Notes: generated by a model not told the origin, from the sequence alone. A DNA stretch of 64,000 nucleotides from an uncultured delta proteobacterium (GCA_963729715.1 CAVSPA010000005.1:160001-224000); one strand, 5' to 3'. Shown: positions 27,722-37,997, counted from the first letter of the stretch. Numbers and translations are program-made.

Positions 27722-28876
27722 CTACTCTATCCGGTCGGCCAGCACGGAAACCAGATCCCGTATTTCCATTTGTATCTTTTTCCCTTGCATCAGTGGATCC
27801 CGGATGGTACACGTGAGATGGATCATGCATTTGGGACACGCCGTAACGAGCATGTCCGCACCGGTTGCCCGCGCCTCCGAGAGCCTCTGCACCTGAATCT
27901 GTTTTGAGGAGGCATCACAATTGATGAAACCGCAATTCCCGCAGCACAAAGCACTTCTGCCCGATTTTTCCATTTCCCGGAGATCCAGTTCCGGAATGAG
28001 GCCGAGCAATTCCCTCGGGCCAGCATAGCGGTTCAACATGCGCCCCAGCCTGCATGGATCCTGAAAAGTGACTTTACGCTTAAGCGGCCGAAAGACCGTG
28101 CTTCCCGGCTGCATTTCCCGCTGGAGGAGATCGAGGAGCAAAGTTACTCTAATGTCAAACCCCGGGATGATACGAGGCATGTGTTCACTCAAAACCTGGA
28201 AGCACTCGGGGCACGAGACGATAATCTCCTTCACGCCGGCATCCTTGAAGGATGTACAGTTCAGTCGGCAGAGCGCTTCAAAGTTTTCAATATCCCCGGA
28301 CCAGAGCAGGTCGTGTCCACAGCATCTTTCATTCGGCAGAAGAACAGGCTTGATGTCCAGAAAGTTCAACAGCCGCACACTGTCTCTAGCTATAGCGACG
28401 GTATCCACGTCTATGCCGGCGAAGAAGACATTGAAATACGGCGCGCATCCGGTGAAAAATGCAACGTCTCCTGAAGAAGCTACTTTAATGCCTGAATCCA
28501 GCCAGTCGAGACGATTCTGCTTGAGGTGCGGTGCAGTCATCATCCTCATCCAGGAATGGATGGCTCCGTCGTGGGCGCGATAGCCCTTCAAGCCTTTTGT
28601 CTTAGCCAGCAGCGTACGCATTTCCAGGATGAAATGATTGAAATCCACGCCCGAGGGGCAGCGTTCACGGCATACGCCGCAGGTTAGGCACTCCCAGACC
28701 GAATTTTCGATGTAAGCCTCGTCCTCGCGCTCGGAGATAACTTTCTGGGCCAATAATCTGGGAGAGTACTCTTTGCCTGAGAGCCTCCGCGGACACGAAG
28801 CTGTGCACTTGCCGCACTCCAGGCACTGGTACAACGACATATCCACGATCATCTGATCGATCTTCGGGTCATTCAA
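27722..28876 (-). CDS. hdrD: HdrD-like Fe-S oxidoreductase (2x 4Fe-4S plus two CCG domains)
   Basis: CLECGKCTASCP, CLTCGVC..RCP, RCCGH, CPEC, QDPCRLGR, LCCG, ACPKC. Confidence 0.85.
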   Translation of the reverse strand: MNDPKIDQMIVDMSLYQCLECGKCTASCPRRLSGKEYSPRLLAQKVISEREDEAYIENSVWECLTCGVCRERCPSGVDFNHFILEMRTLLAKTKGLKGYRAHDGAIHSWMRMMTAPHLKQNRLDWLDSGIKVASSGDVAFFTGCAPYFNVFFAGIDVDTVAIARDSVRLLNFLDIKPVLLPNERCCGHDLLWSGDIENFEALCRLNCTSFKDAGVKEIIVSCPECFQVLSEHMPRIIPGFDIRVTLLLDLLQREMQPGSTVFRPLKRKVTFQDPCRLGRMLNRYAGPRELLGLIPELDLREMEKSGRSALCCGNCGFINCDASSKQIQVQRLSEARATGADMLVTACPKCMIHLTCTIRDPLMQGKKIQMEIRDLVSVLADRIE

Positions 28877-29304
28877 CTCTTCAACTCCTCCAGTTTGTGA
28901 CCGTCGCTGGACATCAGAGGCCCCAGAGCCTCCACCTCTTCCCTAAAATTCCATAGAGTCCGAACCAGCTCTTCTTTTTCGTGGGCGCCGAAGGTGCGCT
29001 CCACCAGCCGTTCCTGGCGGATTCCAAGAAGGTGAAGCATCCTGCGGACGCGGTGCACATTTTCATGACCCACCTCAGGCCCCGGTCCGTAGCGGCAGTC
29101 TTCGTCCGTGCATTCCAAGAGTATCACGCCGTCTGCACCAAACTCAAAGGCCCTCAGGATCAGTGCCTGGTTGATGCGGCCGATGCACATCACCCGTATC
29201 AGGTGAAAGTTCGCGGGCATGCTCATCCCCGTCATCCCCGCTGCGTTATAGCAGGCGAAAGGACTCCAGTTGCAGCAAATTCCGAGGATGCGGACAGGCT
29301 CCAT
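28873..29304 (-). CDS. mvhD: MvhD/FlpD-family [2Fe-2S] subunit
   Basis: CCNW, IRVMCIGR, GADGV...C...C.YG, LGI..ERL. Confidence 0.85.
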   Translation of the reverse strand: MEPVRILGICCNWSPFACYNAAGMTGMSMPANFHLIRVMCIGRINQALILRAFEFGADGVILLECTDEDCRYGPGPEVGHENVHRVRRMLHLLGIRQERLVERTFGAHEKEELVRTLWNFREEVEALGPLMSSDGHKLEELKS

Positions 29305-29305
29305 A

Positions 29306-32300
29306 TCATAGCTCCCTGACCAGTGTGCCCGCGACGATCTCTTCGAGGAGACGATTGGTAAAGTAAGGCATGTCCATGGCAGTCACCGGACAGCGTCCCA
29401 CACAGCCGCCGCATCCGACACAATTGTAGCGCAACACTTCCGCCGTGTAAAAGCCGCGTTCATTGGCGACAAGCCTGACGGCGTCAAAAGGACATATCTC
29501 CACGCAGCGGCCGCAGCCGCGGCATCGCTTCTTGTCCACCTTGGGGCTAAGCTCATGGTCTTTCAAAAAGGCCTCTGCCGCCGTAGTCGCCACGTGCGCG
29601 GCCAAGGCAGCTCCTGCCTGGAAAGCAGTTACTCTCTTGAGTGTCCTGGGCATTACCCGGTAGACGCCAATCTGGGGGCTATGGAAAAATTTGAAGTTGT
29701 AGCGATAAAATTTCTTGAGGCCGAACATTCCCACGGGAATTGCAAGAGGAAGGACATTCATATCGGCAAGACACACTATATCCGCATGGAAATTTTTGCG
29801 AACGCCATCTTCACGCACGGCCACCGTAAAATCTCCCAAGTGCCCCCTGATTCCTTCGATGAGGGCCTCCTCTACGTGCGTGATAGAATCCCCGGCAATC
29901 AGGCTGACAGGCCTTTTGCGGACCTCCGCGGGCACTTTCCGGTCGTCCTTGAGGCTGCAACGATGTACCAGGCGCACCTTGAATCCCTGCATGTTCAGGT
30001 TGAGAGCCGTACTCAGGCCGACTTCAGAACCGCCCAGAATGAGTATTCTGTTCCCAATTTTCGTTGTGCTCTGGCGGAGCGGCCCCATGACCCGAGCGCG
30101 AATGAAGGCCTCCCGCAGAAAATTACGCATTCTTTCCACAAGCATCTCTTCCGATACATCAGGAGTACCCAAGTGATCCCTGATGTTGATTGTCTCAAAC
30201 CGGCAGCGGTCAAGGCCGTGCCTTTCAAACAAAAGGATGCGTGCGCGGTTTCTCTGATCGTTGCAGGAAATACACTGAAACTCCAAGGGGCAGCATACGC
30301 AGGAGGCGAGAATGACTCTGCCCAGCCTGTGCTCCCGCACAGCGGCGGCAATCCTGTCGGCACCCTGGGGATGGCAGGCAGAAAAAATCAGCTCACTGTG
30401 CATCACGCCGGGCATCCTTGCTGCCATATCACGGATACGTTCAAGGGCAGCAGGCGTTGTCAGGGTTCCGTTGCACGTGCAGGTGAATACCCCGAACACC
30501 ACTTCCTCTTCAGAAGCGATTGCAGAAGGCTGGCATGGAGCCACATTGGTCCGGAGGGATGAACACTCCGCCATGGCCTGCCCCGCTGAGGCGCTGCCCG
30601 CAATCAATACATTCACGAGGTCCGTAGCGCTCCGGAAGTTTCCCACACGGTAGACGTGTTCCTCATCGGCTAAGTCCAGGTGAGCAATTTCCTCATCGCC
30701 CGCCACAATTACGGCAGGACTCGAAACGGTCATGAGCTCTCTGTCCTTGAAATGATTGATGGCCCCTATGTCATTGCAGACGGTTTCGCAGACGCGGCAC
30801 TCGCAGCAGGCGCTGCAGTGAAGACAGCGTGAGGCTTCAGCCACCGCCTGCTCCTGGGTCAGGCCCAGTTCCACTTCCTTAAAATCCCGCCGTCTCTCTT
30901 TCGCTTGCCGGCGTGACATTTCCGGTCGAAACCTTCGGGAAGTGTCCTCGGAGATTCCCACATATTCTCCTGCGCCGCGAGACTCATCAGACAGCACACC
31001 CCACGAGGGGAATGCGCCGGTAAGATATTCGGCAGCCCGTGCGGCGGCCCGGCGGCCCTGAGACATGGAGCCTACCACCGTATCCGGTCCTGTCACCGCA
31101 TCCCCGGCGGCAAAAATACCCGCCTGTGAGGCTGAGAGACGCGCATCCACATTAATCGTCCCAGACCGACCCATAATCAGCTCTCTTCCGAGTCCCACAT
31201 CTGACAGGGACGGCTGCTGTCCGATGCCGATAATTACCGTATCTGCCGACCGGAAAAACTCTGAACCTTTGATCGGTTCCGGTCTTCTGCGTCCGCTTTC
31301 ATCGACGGCGCCTTGCTTCATGCGGATCATGTCAAGGCCGGTCACTCTTCCTCTCTCGGAAACAACCCGGACGGGCGCCACGAGGTATTCAATCTTTACT
31401 CCTTCCTCTTGCGCTCTCCGTATCTCCGATCCGTGCGCTGGCATATCGTTGCGTTTACGTCGATAGCAAATGGTGACGGATTTAGCCCCCAGCCGGACAG
31501 CGGACCGGGCCGCATCAATGGCGGAGTTGCCTCCGCCAATGACAACTACATTGTCCCGGATGTTCGGTTTGCCGCCGGTGTTGAGTTTCTTCAGCATCGC
31601 CAGGGCGCCATACACGCCCTTCGCATCTTCACCGGGAATATTGAGGCGGAGGTCCCGGTGGGCCCCGGTGCACAGAATAACTGCATCGAAGCCCCGATCA
31701 CTCAGATCTCTGATGGAGAGGACCGGCGTCCCTGTGCGTATCTCCACACCGGCATCCTCAATCGCCTGTATTTCGTCATTCAGGACGGCGCGCGGAAGTC
31801 TGAAGGCATTGATTCCCATCCGCAGTATTCCTCCCGCTTCGCGATGGGCCTCAAATATAGTTACGCTGAAACCCTCCCGGTTGAGGAAGTAGGCAGCCGC
31901 AAGACCTGCGGGACCGCTGCCGACTATGGCCACTCTTTCTGGCCTTCCCGGTTTTTGAGCACCCGGCAGCCGTGGTCGGCGCTCGGCCATTTCATGGTCG
32001 GCAAGAAAACGTTTGATACCGCAGATGGCCACAGCCTGATCCAGCAAACTGCGGCGACAAGCTTCCTCGCAGGGGTGATGGCAGACACGCCCGCATATGC
32101 CCGGCAGGGGATTGTCCTGCCTGATGATATCAAGGGCCTCGTCGAATCGGGAGGCTGCAGTGAGCGCCATATAGGCCTGAACGTTCACACCGAGGGGGCA
32201 GCTTATCCTGCAGGGAGCGGGCTTGCGCTTATCCAGATCAAGCGCCCGGGAAGGGCAGTAGGCAGGCGTCCTGCGCAGGGGAGGATGACTCACACCCTGA

Positions 32301-32680
32301 AGAGGACACACGTCCATACAGCGCCCGCATCCGGTGCACAGATCGTAATCTACATACACGGGGTCTTGAGTAATGACGGCCCGATAACCATCGGGACCAC
32401 GCTTAATGGCCTCGATGCGCGCATGGGTTAAGGCGGTAACTAGGGGATGACGCGTTACCTGCAGGTACAGCGGGCGAAACTGGAAATCCAGATCCGCGGG
32501 GTAATCTGTAAAGGGCGCGGCTCCCCCGGGGTGTTCGAGGAAGTGAATCGCCTTCGTGACCCAGACCAGGGGCATCCCGGATTGCGAGAGGTCCTGCGCC
32601 ACCTTAAGGGCGCCATAACCGGAGCCTACCAGGAGAACTGCTTTTTTCAGGTTGCTGGTTGAGGAACTCCTATGCATCAC
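29306..32680 (-). CDS. HdrL-like multidomain flavoprotein (HdrA segments with an inserted GltD/NfnB-type FAD/NAD(P) oxidoreductase and ferredoxin domains)
   Basis: CTGCGRCMDVCP; PC..SCP; CGRVCHHPCE; GSGPAGL; GGGNSA.D.AR; AAGD; EASRCLHC; terminal 2x[4Fe-4S]. Confidence 0.8.
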   Translation of the reverse strand: MMHRSSSTSNLKKAVLLVGSGYGALKVAQDLSQSGMPLVWVTKAIHFLEHPGGAAPFTDYPADLDFQFRPLYLQVTRHPLVTALTHARIEAIKRGPDGYRAVITQDPVYVDYDLCTGCGRCMDVCPLQGVSHPPLRRTPAYCPSRALDLDKRKPAPCRISCPLGVNVQAYMALTAASRFDEALDIIRQDNPLPGICGRVCHHPCEEACRRSLLDQAVAICGIKRFLADHEMAERRPRLPGAQKPGRPERVAIVGSGPAGLAAAYFLNREGFSVTIFEAHREAGGILRMGINAFRLPRAVLNDEIQAIEDAGVEIRTGTPVLSIRDLSDRGFDAVILCTGAHRDLRLNIPGEDAKGVYGALAMLKKLNTGGKPNIRDNVVVIGGGNSAIDAARSAVRLGAKSVTICYRRKRNDMPAHGSEIRRAQEEGVKIEYLVAPVRVVSERGRVTGLDMIRMKQGAVDESGRRRPEPIKGSEFFRSADTVIIGIGQQPSLSDVGLGRELIMGRSGTINVDARLSASQAGIFAAGDAVTGPDTVVGSMSQGRRAAARAAEYLTGAFPSWGVLSDESRGAGEYVGISEDTSRRFRPEMSRRQAKERRRDFKEVELGLTQEQAVAEASRCLHCSACCECRVCETVCNDIGAINHFKDRELMTVSSPAVIVAGDEEIAHLDLADEEHVYRVGNFRSATDLVNVLIAGSASAGQAMAECSSLRTNVAPCQPSAIASEEEVVFGVFTCTCNGTLTTPAALERIRDMAARMPGVMHSELIFSACHPQGADRIAAAVREHRLGRVILASCVCCPLEFQCISCNDQRNRARILLFERHGLDRCRFETINIRDHLGTPDVSEEMLVERMRNFLREAFIRARVMGPLRQSTTKIGNRILILGGSEVGLSTALNLNMQGFKVRLVHRCSLKDDRKVPAEVRKRPVSLIAGDSITHVEEALIEGIRGHLGDFTVAVREDGVRKNFHADIVCLADMNVLPLAIPVGMFGLKKFYRYNFKFFHSPQIGVYRVMPRTLKRVTAFQAGAALAAHVATTAAEAFLKDHELSPKVDKKRCRGCGRCVEICPFDAVRLVANERGFYTAEVLRYNCVGCGGCVGRCPVTAMDMPYFTNRLLEEIVAGTLVREL

Positions 32681-33276
32681 TAATCCCTTGCCAGCCTGGC
32701 CTGTTTTGCACGGCTCTTGAGGGTGGCCTTACCGTATTCAACGCCGCGCTCGAAGGCCCGTCCATTCATTTCCCTCGTTGGCGCCGGCACAGATGTCAGC
32801 ACCGCTTTGCGCAAAGCCTCTGCGCTTACTAGATCATATATGGTAGAAAGAAATCCGAGCGTGACGATGTTCGCCATCATTTTATTGCCCAGTTCTTCGG
32901 CGAAGCGGGTCGCCGGTATATTGTATGCGGTTGCGTCTGAAGAAATTTTTTTCACCTGCACAAGATCCGCTTCCAGAATCAGCATGCCGCCTTCGTGCAG
33001 ACTGCCGATATTTTTGGAATAACCTTCCTGGCTCAGACAGATCAGGACATGCGGCTCCTTTATATAAGGGAAAAGGACCTCCTCTTCGCTGATAATAACC
33101 TGGGCCGAACAGGCGCCGCCGCGTGCCTCCGGTCCGTAGGCCTGCGTCATGGTGGCAAATTTCCGGTCGTAAAGGGTAGCCGCCGTTCCAAGTATGTCGC
33201 CGGCCATGATGACCCCCTGCCCGCCGAAGCCCGTTATAAGGACGTGCTTTTCCTTATTCATGTTAGTGGATCTCAT
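32680..33276 (-). CDS. korC: 2-oxoacid:ferredoxin oxidoreductase gamma subunit
   Basis: GFGGQGV, YGPEARGG. Confidence 0.92.
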   Translation of the reverse strand: MRSTNMNKEKHVLITGFGGQGVIMAGDILGTAATLYDRKFATMTQAYGPEARGGACSAQVIISEEEVLFPYIKEPHVLICLSQEGYSKNIGSLHEGGMLILEADLVQVKKISSDATAYNIPATRFAEELGNKMMANIVTLGFLSTIYDLVSAEALRKAVLTSVPAPTREMNGRAFERGVEYGKATLKSRAKQARLARD

Positions 33277-34169
33277 CAGCCTGCCTCATTCTCAGGGACA
33301 ATCGTGCCTTCAAAATCCGGCCAGTCCCCGATCAGATTCTTGCAACTCAGCTGATAGTTATCCAAAAATGTCGGCCTTACCTTGTCCACAAATTTTCCCA
33401 CCACAATATTGCTGCCGAAGTCTATAGGCGCCTCCTTCGGGTCGATGTCGTTGCGGATAACGGAACGCTCATGATAAAACTTCAGAGTCTCCAGGGCAGT
33501 GCCTATCTTGTTACGGCGCCCGAAGGAGGTGGGGCAAGGAGTCAGTATCTCGACGAACCCGAACCCGCGCTTCTGCATTGCCTCAGTGATGGAGTTTGTG
33601 AGTCTTCGTATGTGCAAAGATGTCCAGCGTGCGACGTAAATTGCCCCGCATGCAGAAGCCAGATAACAGAAATTGAACGGTTCCTCCGGACAGCCCGTGA
33701 CGCTTGTGGTAGTCTTAGCCCCGAAAGGCGTACTGGGAGCGAGTTGCCCGCCGGTCATCCCATAGTTTAGGTTGTTCACGCAGATGACGGTGATATCAAT
33801 ATTCCGCCGGGCCGCATGGATGAAATGATTGCCCCCTATAGCAAGCAGGTCACCGTCGCCGGAGACGACGAGCACCTTCAGTTCCGGATTCGCCAGCTTC
33901 AGGCCTGTGGCGAATGGCAGGGCGCGGCCATGCGTTGTGTGAAAGGAATCCAGCCGGATATATCCGGCCATCCGCGCGGTGCAGCCGATGCCGGAAACTA
34001 TAGCAGTCTTGTCGAGGTCGTAGCCTGATTTCTGAATGGCTGCAATCACAGACCCGAAAACGGTGCCGATGCCACACCCGGCACACCATATATGGGGAAG
34101 ACGCTCACTCCGGATCAAGCCTTCCATGGGATGCTCGGGCACAGTCTTTTCTGCTTTTTTCGTCCTCAT
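33276..34169 (-). CDS. korB: 2-oxoacid:ferredoxin oxidoreductase beta subunit
   Basis: WCAGCG, SGIGC, HTTHGR, GDGD...GGNH, NN..YGMTGGQ (TPP motif). Confidence 0.95.
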   Translation of the reverse strand: MRTKKAEKTVPEHPMEGLIRSERLPHIWCAGCGIGTVFGSVIAAIQKSGYDLDKTAIVSGIGCTARMAGYIRLDSFHTTHGRALPFATGLKLANPELKVLVVSGDGDLLAIGGNHFIHAARRNIDITVICVNNLNYGMTGGQLAPSTPFGAKTTTSVTGCPEEPFNFCYLASACGAIYVARWTSLHIRRLTNSITEAMQKRGFGFVEILTPCPTSFGRRNKIGTALETLKFYHERSVIRNDIDPKEAPIDFGSNIVVGKFVDKVRPTFLDNYQLSCKNLIGDWPDFEGTIVPENEAG

Positions 34170-35326
34170 TTCTTTCCCTTCATAGAGTCTTCAATGGCGC
34201 TTAAGATGGTTGCAGGGTGGATTATGGAACCGCCCATGTGGGCCACAAGATGAACGGGACACGCGCCTGCGGCGCACCGCTGCAATTCAAGGACCATCTG
34301 GCCTGCGTTAATTTCCGGCATAATGAGGGCGCGCACCCGGCCGGCTACTTCTCTGATAAGCGTTTCCGGAAACGGCCATATAGTTTCCAGTTTGATAAGT
34401 CCCGCGCGTATGCCTCCGCCGCGTGCATCGCGCACGGCTTGCCTGGCGGACCGCGCACTGATCCCGTAGGCAACTACAACGACATCAGCATCATCGAGGA
34501 AAATATTTTCCGTCCGGATGATCTTGTCCCTGTTGTTTACGATTTTCCCGATCAGGCGATTGACCATCTGCGCCTGTGTCTTCTCGTCCATTCCCGGATA
34601 ACCGCGCTCATCATGCGTCAGACCTGTGATATGGATCCTGTAGCCGTCGCCGCAGTTGGCCATGGGTGCGACCCCGTCCGCATCCGGATGATAGGGCAGA
34701 TAATTATCTGGAGATACCTTGGGTTTCCGCCGCCCGACGATCTCGATTTCCTCTTTCCGTGGAATGACGACACGCTCGTTCATATGACCGACCACCTCGT
34801 CCGCCATGATCATGACTGGTATGCGGTACTGCTCGCTGAGGTTGAAGGCACGGACGGTCAGGTTAAACATCTCCTGGGGACTGGAGGGAGCAAGCACAAT
34901 AACCTCGTAATGGCCGTGTGATCCCCAGCGGGCCTGCATCATGTCTCCCTGGCCGACAAGCGTCGGGAGTCCCGTAGAGGGCCCAGCCCTCTGCACATTA
35001 CAGATCACACAGGGTGTCTCCGTACAGATTCCGAGACCGATATTCTCCATCATCAGGGAGAAGCCCGGACCGGACGTGCTGGTCATGGCCTTAACTCCTC
35101 CCCAGCTTGCACCCAGGATAGCCGACATGGATGCGATCTCATCTTCCATTTGAATATATATGCCGCCGAGCTCCGGCAGCCTGCGGGACATACGTTCGCC
35201 AATCTCCGTTGCCGGGGTGATCGGATACCCTGCGAAAAATCGGCAGCCCGCAGCCAGAGCGCCCTCGCAGCAGGCATAGTCGCCGTTCATGAAATAGATC
35301 CCCGTCAATACGGCCTTGTCAGCCAT
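34166..35326 (-). CDS. korA: 2-oxoacid:ferredoxin oxidoreductase alpha subunit
   Basis: GYPITPATE, QMEDE, TSGPGFSLM, QRAGPSTGLPT. Confidence 0.95.
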   Translation of the reverse strand: MADKAVLTGIYFMNGDYACCEGALAAGCRFFAGYPITPATEIGERMSRRLPELGGIYIQMEDEIASMSAILGASWGGVKAMTSTSGPGFSLMMENIGLGICTETPCVICNVQRAGPSTGLPTLVGQGDMMQARWGSHGHYEVIVLAPSSPQEMFNLTVRAFNLSEQYRIPVMIMADEVVGHMNERVVIPRKEEIEIVGRRKPKVSPDNYLPYHPDADGVAPMANCGDGYRIHITGLTHDERGYPGMDEKTQAQMVNRLIGKIVNNRDKIIRTENIFLDDADVVVVAYGISARSARQAVRDARGGGIRAGLIKLETIWPFPETLIREVAGRVRALIMPEINAGQMVLELQRCAAGACPVHLVAHMGGSIIHPATILSAIEDSMKGKK

Positions 35327-35382
35327 GCACCTCTCCTCGCATAACAGATACTTTATTATACTGACATGCAGTAAGTTATTTT

Positions 35383-35682
35383 CTACTTCTTCTTTCGAGA
35401 CCGGGCGATCTTATCGCGCGCTGTTTCCGTTGTCTCTATGGAAAATATTCCAAATTCCGGACACAAGGCCTCGCAGAAGTGGCAATTAACACATTTTGAC
35501 TCGTCTATGACCGTAGGCGTATGATAGCCTTTTGCATTAAATGCTTGAGACATGGCGAGCACATCGCGTGGACAGTATGCGACGCAGAATCCGCACCCTT
35601 TGCAGCGATCCTCAACAATGATGACCTTACCTTTGCTCGCCCTGATGCTCTCCAGATCGAGGGGTTTTCTCCAGTATTTCAT
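35383..35682 (-). CDS. korD: 2-oxoacid:ferredoxin oxidoreductase delta subunit (2x[4Fe-4S])
   Basis: CKGCGFCVAYCP, CVNCHFCEALCP. Confidence 0.9.
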   Translation of the reverse strand: MKYWRKPLDLESIRASKGKVIIVEDRCKGCGFCVAYCPRDVLAMSQAFNAKGYHTPTVIDESKCVNCHFCEALCPEFGIFSIETTETARDKIARSRKKK

Positions 35683-35737
35683 GCGGCAACGCCTCTCTTC
35701 AGTTTCATGCCTTCACGGATTTGACAATAAAAGGGTT

Positions 35738-35766
35738 TATATATGAGAAATGAATGCATATGTCAA
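35738..35766 (-). promoter_or_regulatory. Sigma-70 promoter of the kor-hdr operon
   Basis: Minus strand TTGACA-N17-TATATA. Confidence 0.65.
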
Positions 35767-35771
35767 TAGCG

Positions 35772-35810
35772 CATGTGTGCTTTGCGCATGTGTGCTTGCC
35801 ATGTGTGCTT
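35772..35810. repeat. Triple direct repeat CATGTGTGCTT
   Basis: Copies start at 35772, 35787 and 35800. Confidence 0.85.
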
Positions 35811-36047
35811 CGACTCTATGCTGTAATATCCAGAAGATACGAAGGCACAGGCGGATCACTTGTTAAATCACCCTTCGGGCGAAGGAAATGCGGGTATAAA
35901 ACCGTATGCCCTTGCTTAGCAGGAGATGTATTTTTCGTCATTTCCTGATATAATTGTTGACAATGCTTACTATGAAAATCTTGAGCACAGCAGATCACTT
36001 TGATCAATACTCTCAAGGAATTAATGTGCATCGAGAAAAGGAGGTCA

Positions 36048-37472
36048 ATGATGGATATATATGACATTTGCGTTGGAGGCGCATTTCGCAAAACAGACAA
36101 GATTCTTAAAGTCGCCAATCCGTTTAACAATGAGGTCTTTGCTGAGACATATTTGGGCCATGAAGCTGATCTGGAAGAAGCCATCTCCAAGGCTCAGTCG
36201 GTGGAAAATGTCATGAAGGGACTGAGCTCTTTCGAGCGCTTTGAGATTCTCAGGTACATTGCAAATACCCTTATCCAGAGGAAAGACCGTTTATCAAGGG
36301 TGCTTGCCCAGGAGTCTGGAAAACCTCTCATATATGCAGGCGCCGAAATTGACCGCTCCAGCCAGACTTTCCTCATCGCGGCGGAAGAATCCAAGAGGCT
36401 TCCCAGAGAATATTTGAGCCTTGACTGGACTCTCGGCGGTAAAGACAAGGAAGGGCTCGTAAAATATTTTCCCGTCGGCCTCGTGGCAGGCATCTCTCCT
36501 TTCAACTTCCCGATGAATCTGGCATCCCACAAGATCGCGCCGGCTATAGCCGCGGGTTGTCCCATCGTAGTGAAACCGGCATCGGCAACGCCGCTTTCCA
36601 CACTGGAACTCGCAAAAATCATCGACGAGACTTCCTTGCCAAAGGGGGCGCTGTCCATTATCCCGATGGATCGAGCGACAGGAATGAAGCTTGTGACAGA
36701 TGAGAGGTTTAAGCTTCTCACATTCACAGGTTCGCCGGAGGTGGGATGGAGAATGAAGAAAGATGCCGGCAAGAAAAAAGTAGTCCTCGAACTTGGCGGG
36801 AACGCCGGCGTCATTGTATGCGGAAGCGCCGATATCGACTTTGCTGTGAAAAGGTGCATTTCTGGCGGTTTTGCCTACTCGGGGCAGATCTGCATCCATG
36901 CTCAGAGGATCTTTGTGGAGAGAAGGATTTTTGATGAGTTTCTCGAGAAATTCGTAGTGAGCGCACAGAGCTTAAGGTTCGGTGACCCTCTCAAACCAGA
37001 AACACAGATCTCTGTCATGATCGATGAACCGAATGCGAAACGAGTCGAAGACTGGGTGAGAGAGGCAACAAGCGGCGGTGCAAAGACTGTCTGTGGCGGG
37101 AACAGGGAAGGTGCATTTTGTGAGCCAACAGTGCTCACAAACACAAAGAGATCGATGAAGGTCAATTGTCTCGAGGTTTTCGGCCCTGTGGTTACCATAG
37201 AACCTTATACAACCATAGAAGAGGCAGTTCATATGGTAAACGATACGAACTTCGGATTACAGGCTGGAATCTTCACTTATAAGATGAATGAAATAAACTA
37301 CGCGTTTATAAACCTGGAAGTCGGAGGCGTTATCGTCAATGACGTTCCCACATTCCGCGTGGATCACATGCCGTATGGAGGTATAAAGGACTCAGGTCTG
37401 GGAAGGGAAGGCCTCAAATATGCCATTCTCGATATGATGGAGGCGAAGATGCTGGTTACTGATACGCGATAA
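36048..37472 (+). CDS. Aldehyde dehydrogenase family protein
   Basis: PFNFP, FTGS, LELGGN, GQIC, EVFGP, YGG.K.SG.GREG. Confidence 0.95.
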   Translation: MMDIYDICVGGAFRKTDKILKVANPFNNEVFAETYLGHEADLEEAISKAQSVENVMKGLSSFERFEILRYIANTLIQRKDRLSRVLAQESGKPLIYAGAEIDRSSQTFLIAAEESKRLPREYLSLDWTLGGKDKEGLVKYFPVGLVAGISPFNFPMNLASHKIAPAIAAGCPIVVKPASATPLSTLELAKIIDETSLPKGALSIIPMDRATGMKLVTDERFKLLTFTGSPEVGWRMKKDAGKKKVVLELGGNAGVIVCGSADIDFAVKRCISGGFAYSGQICIHAQRIFVERRIFDEFLEKFVVSAQSLRFGDPLKPETQISVMIDEPNAKRVEDWVREATSGGAKTVCGGNREGAFCEPTVLTNTKRSMKVNCLEVFGPVVTIEPYTTIEEAVHMVNDTNFGLQAGIFTYKMNEINYAFINLEVGGVIVNDVPTFRVDHMPYGGIKDSGLGREGLKYAILDMMEAKMLVTDTR

Positions 37473-37640
37473 TATATAAATGAAACCCCCTCGCATCTGA
37501 GACTGAATCATCTCTGTCTGTTATTGTGAATGGGCAAAAGGGGTATGTTTGGCTCCTATTGTTTATGCCGCTTCACTCATTCGCATTGACATTCCGATGC
37601 AGTCTCACGAGGAGGATTACAAGAAATCTCTGTTTCTCTC

Positions 37641-37982
37641 TTATCCTATGGCCTTGCCGCCACGTTCGCCCGTGCGGATGCGGATAACCTCGTAGAGGTC
37701 CATTACAAATATCTTCCCGTCTCCGATTTCACCCGTCCGGGCCCCCTTGATGATCGCCTGTACCGTCGGCTCCACAAAATCCTCGTTGCACGCTATCTCC
37801 AGCTTTATCTTCTTCAGCAGGCTCCCTACCTCCTTCGCACCCCGGTAGATCTCCGTCAAACCCTTCTGCCTGCCGCGTCCGAGTACATTCGATACGGTCA
37901 CCAAGTTCACCTCCACGTCCTCAAGGCTTTTCATCACCTCGTCCAGTTTGTGGGGCTGTATTATCGCGACTATATATTTCAT
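37641..37982 (-). CDS. glnK: P-II nitrogen regulatory protein
   Basis: GRGRQKG..E.YRG T-loop, [11 protein letters not shown]; downstream of amt. Confidence 0.93.
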   Translation of the reverse strand: MKYIVAIIQPHKLDEVMKSLEDVEVNLVTVSNVLGRGRQKGLTEIYRGAKEVGSLLKKIKLEIACNEDFVEPTVQAIIKGARTGEIGDGKIFVMDLYEVIRIRTGERGGKAIG

Positions 37983-37997
37983 GGCTAACTACCCTCC

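Noticed and set aside
29555..34921. Long plus-strand ORFs (e.g. 29555-30562, 31313-32431, 34217-34921) and similar antisense ORFs elsewhere (26097-27032, 52806-53684, 130-477)
   Set aside because: They are shadow frames opposite well-supported genes and have no recognisable motifs.
37485..37616. Long imperfect inverted repeat between the aldehyde dehydrogenase and glnK
   Set aside because: Only ~11 bp of imperfect pairing across ~90 nt between convergent genes; too weak to call an element.
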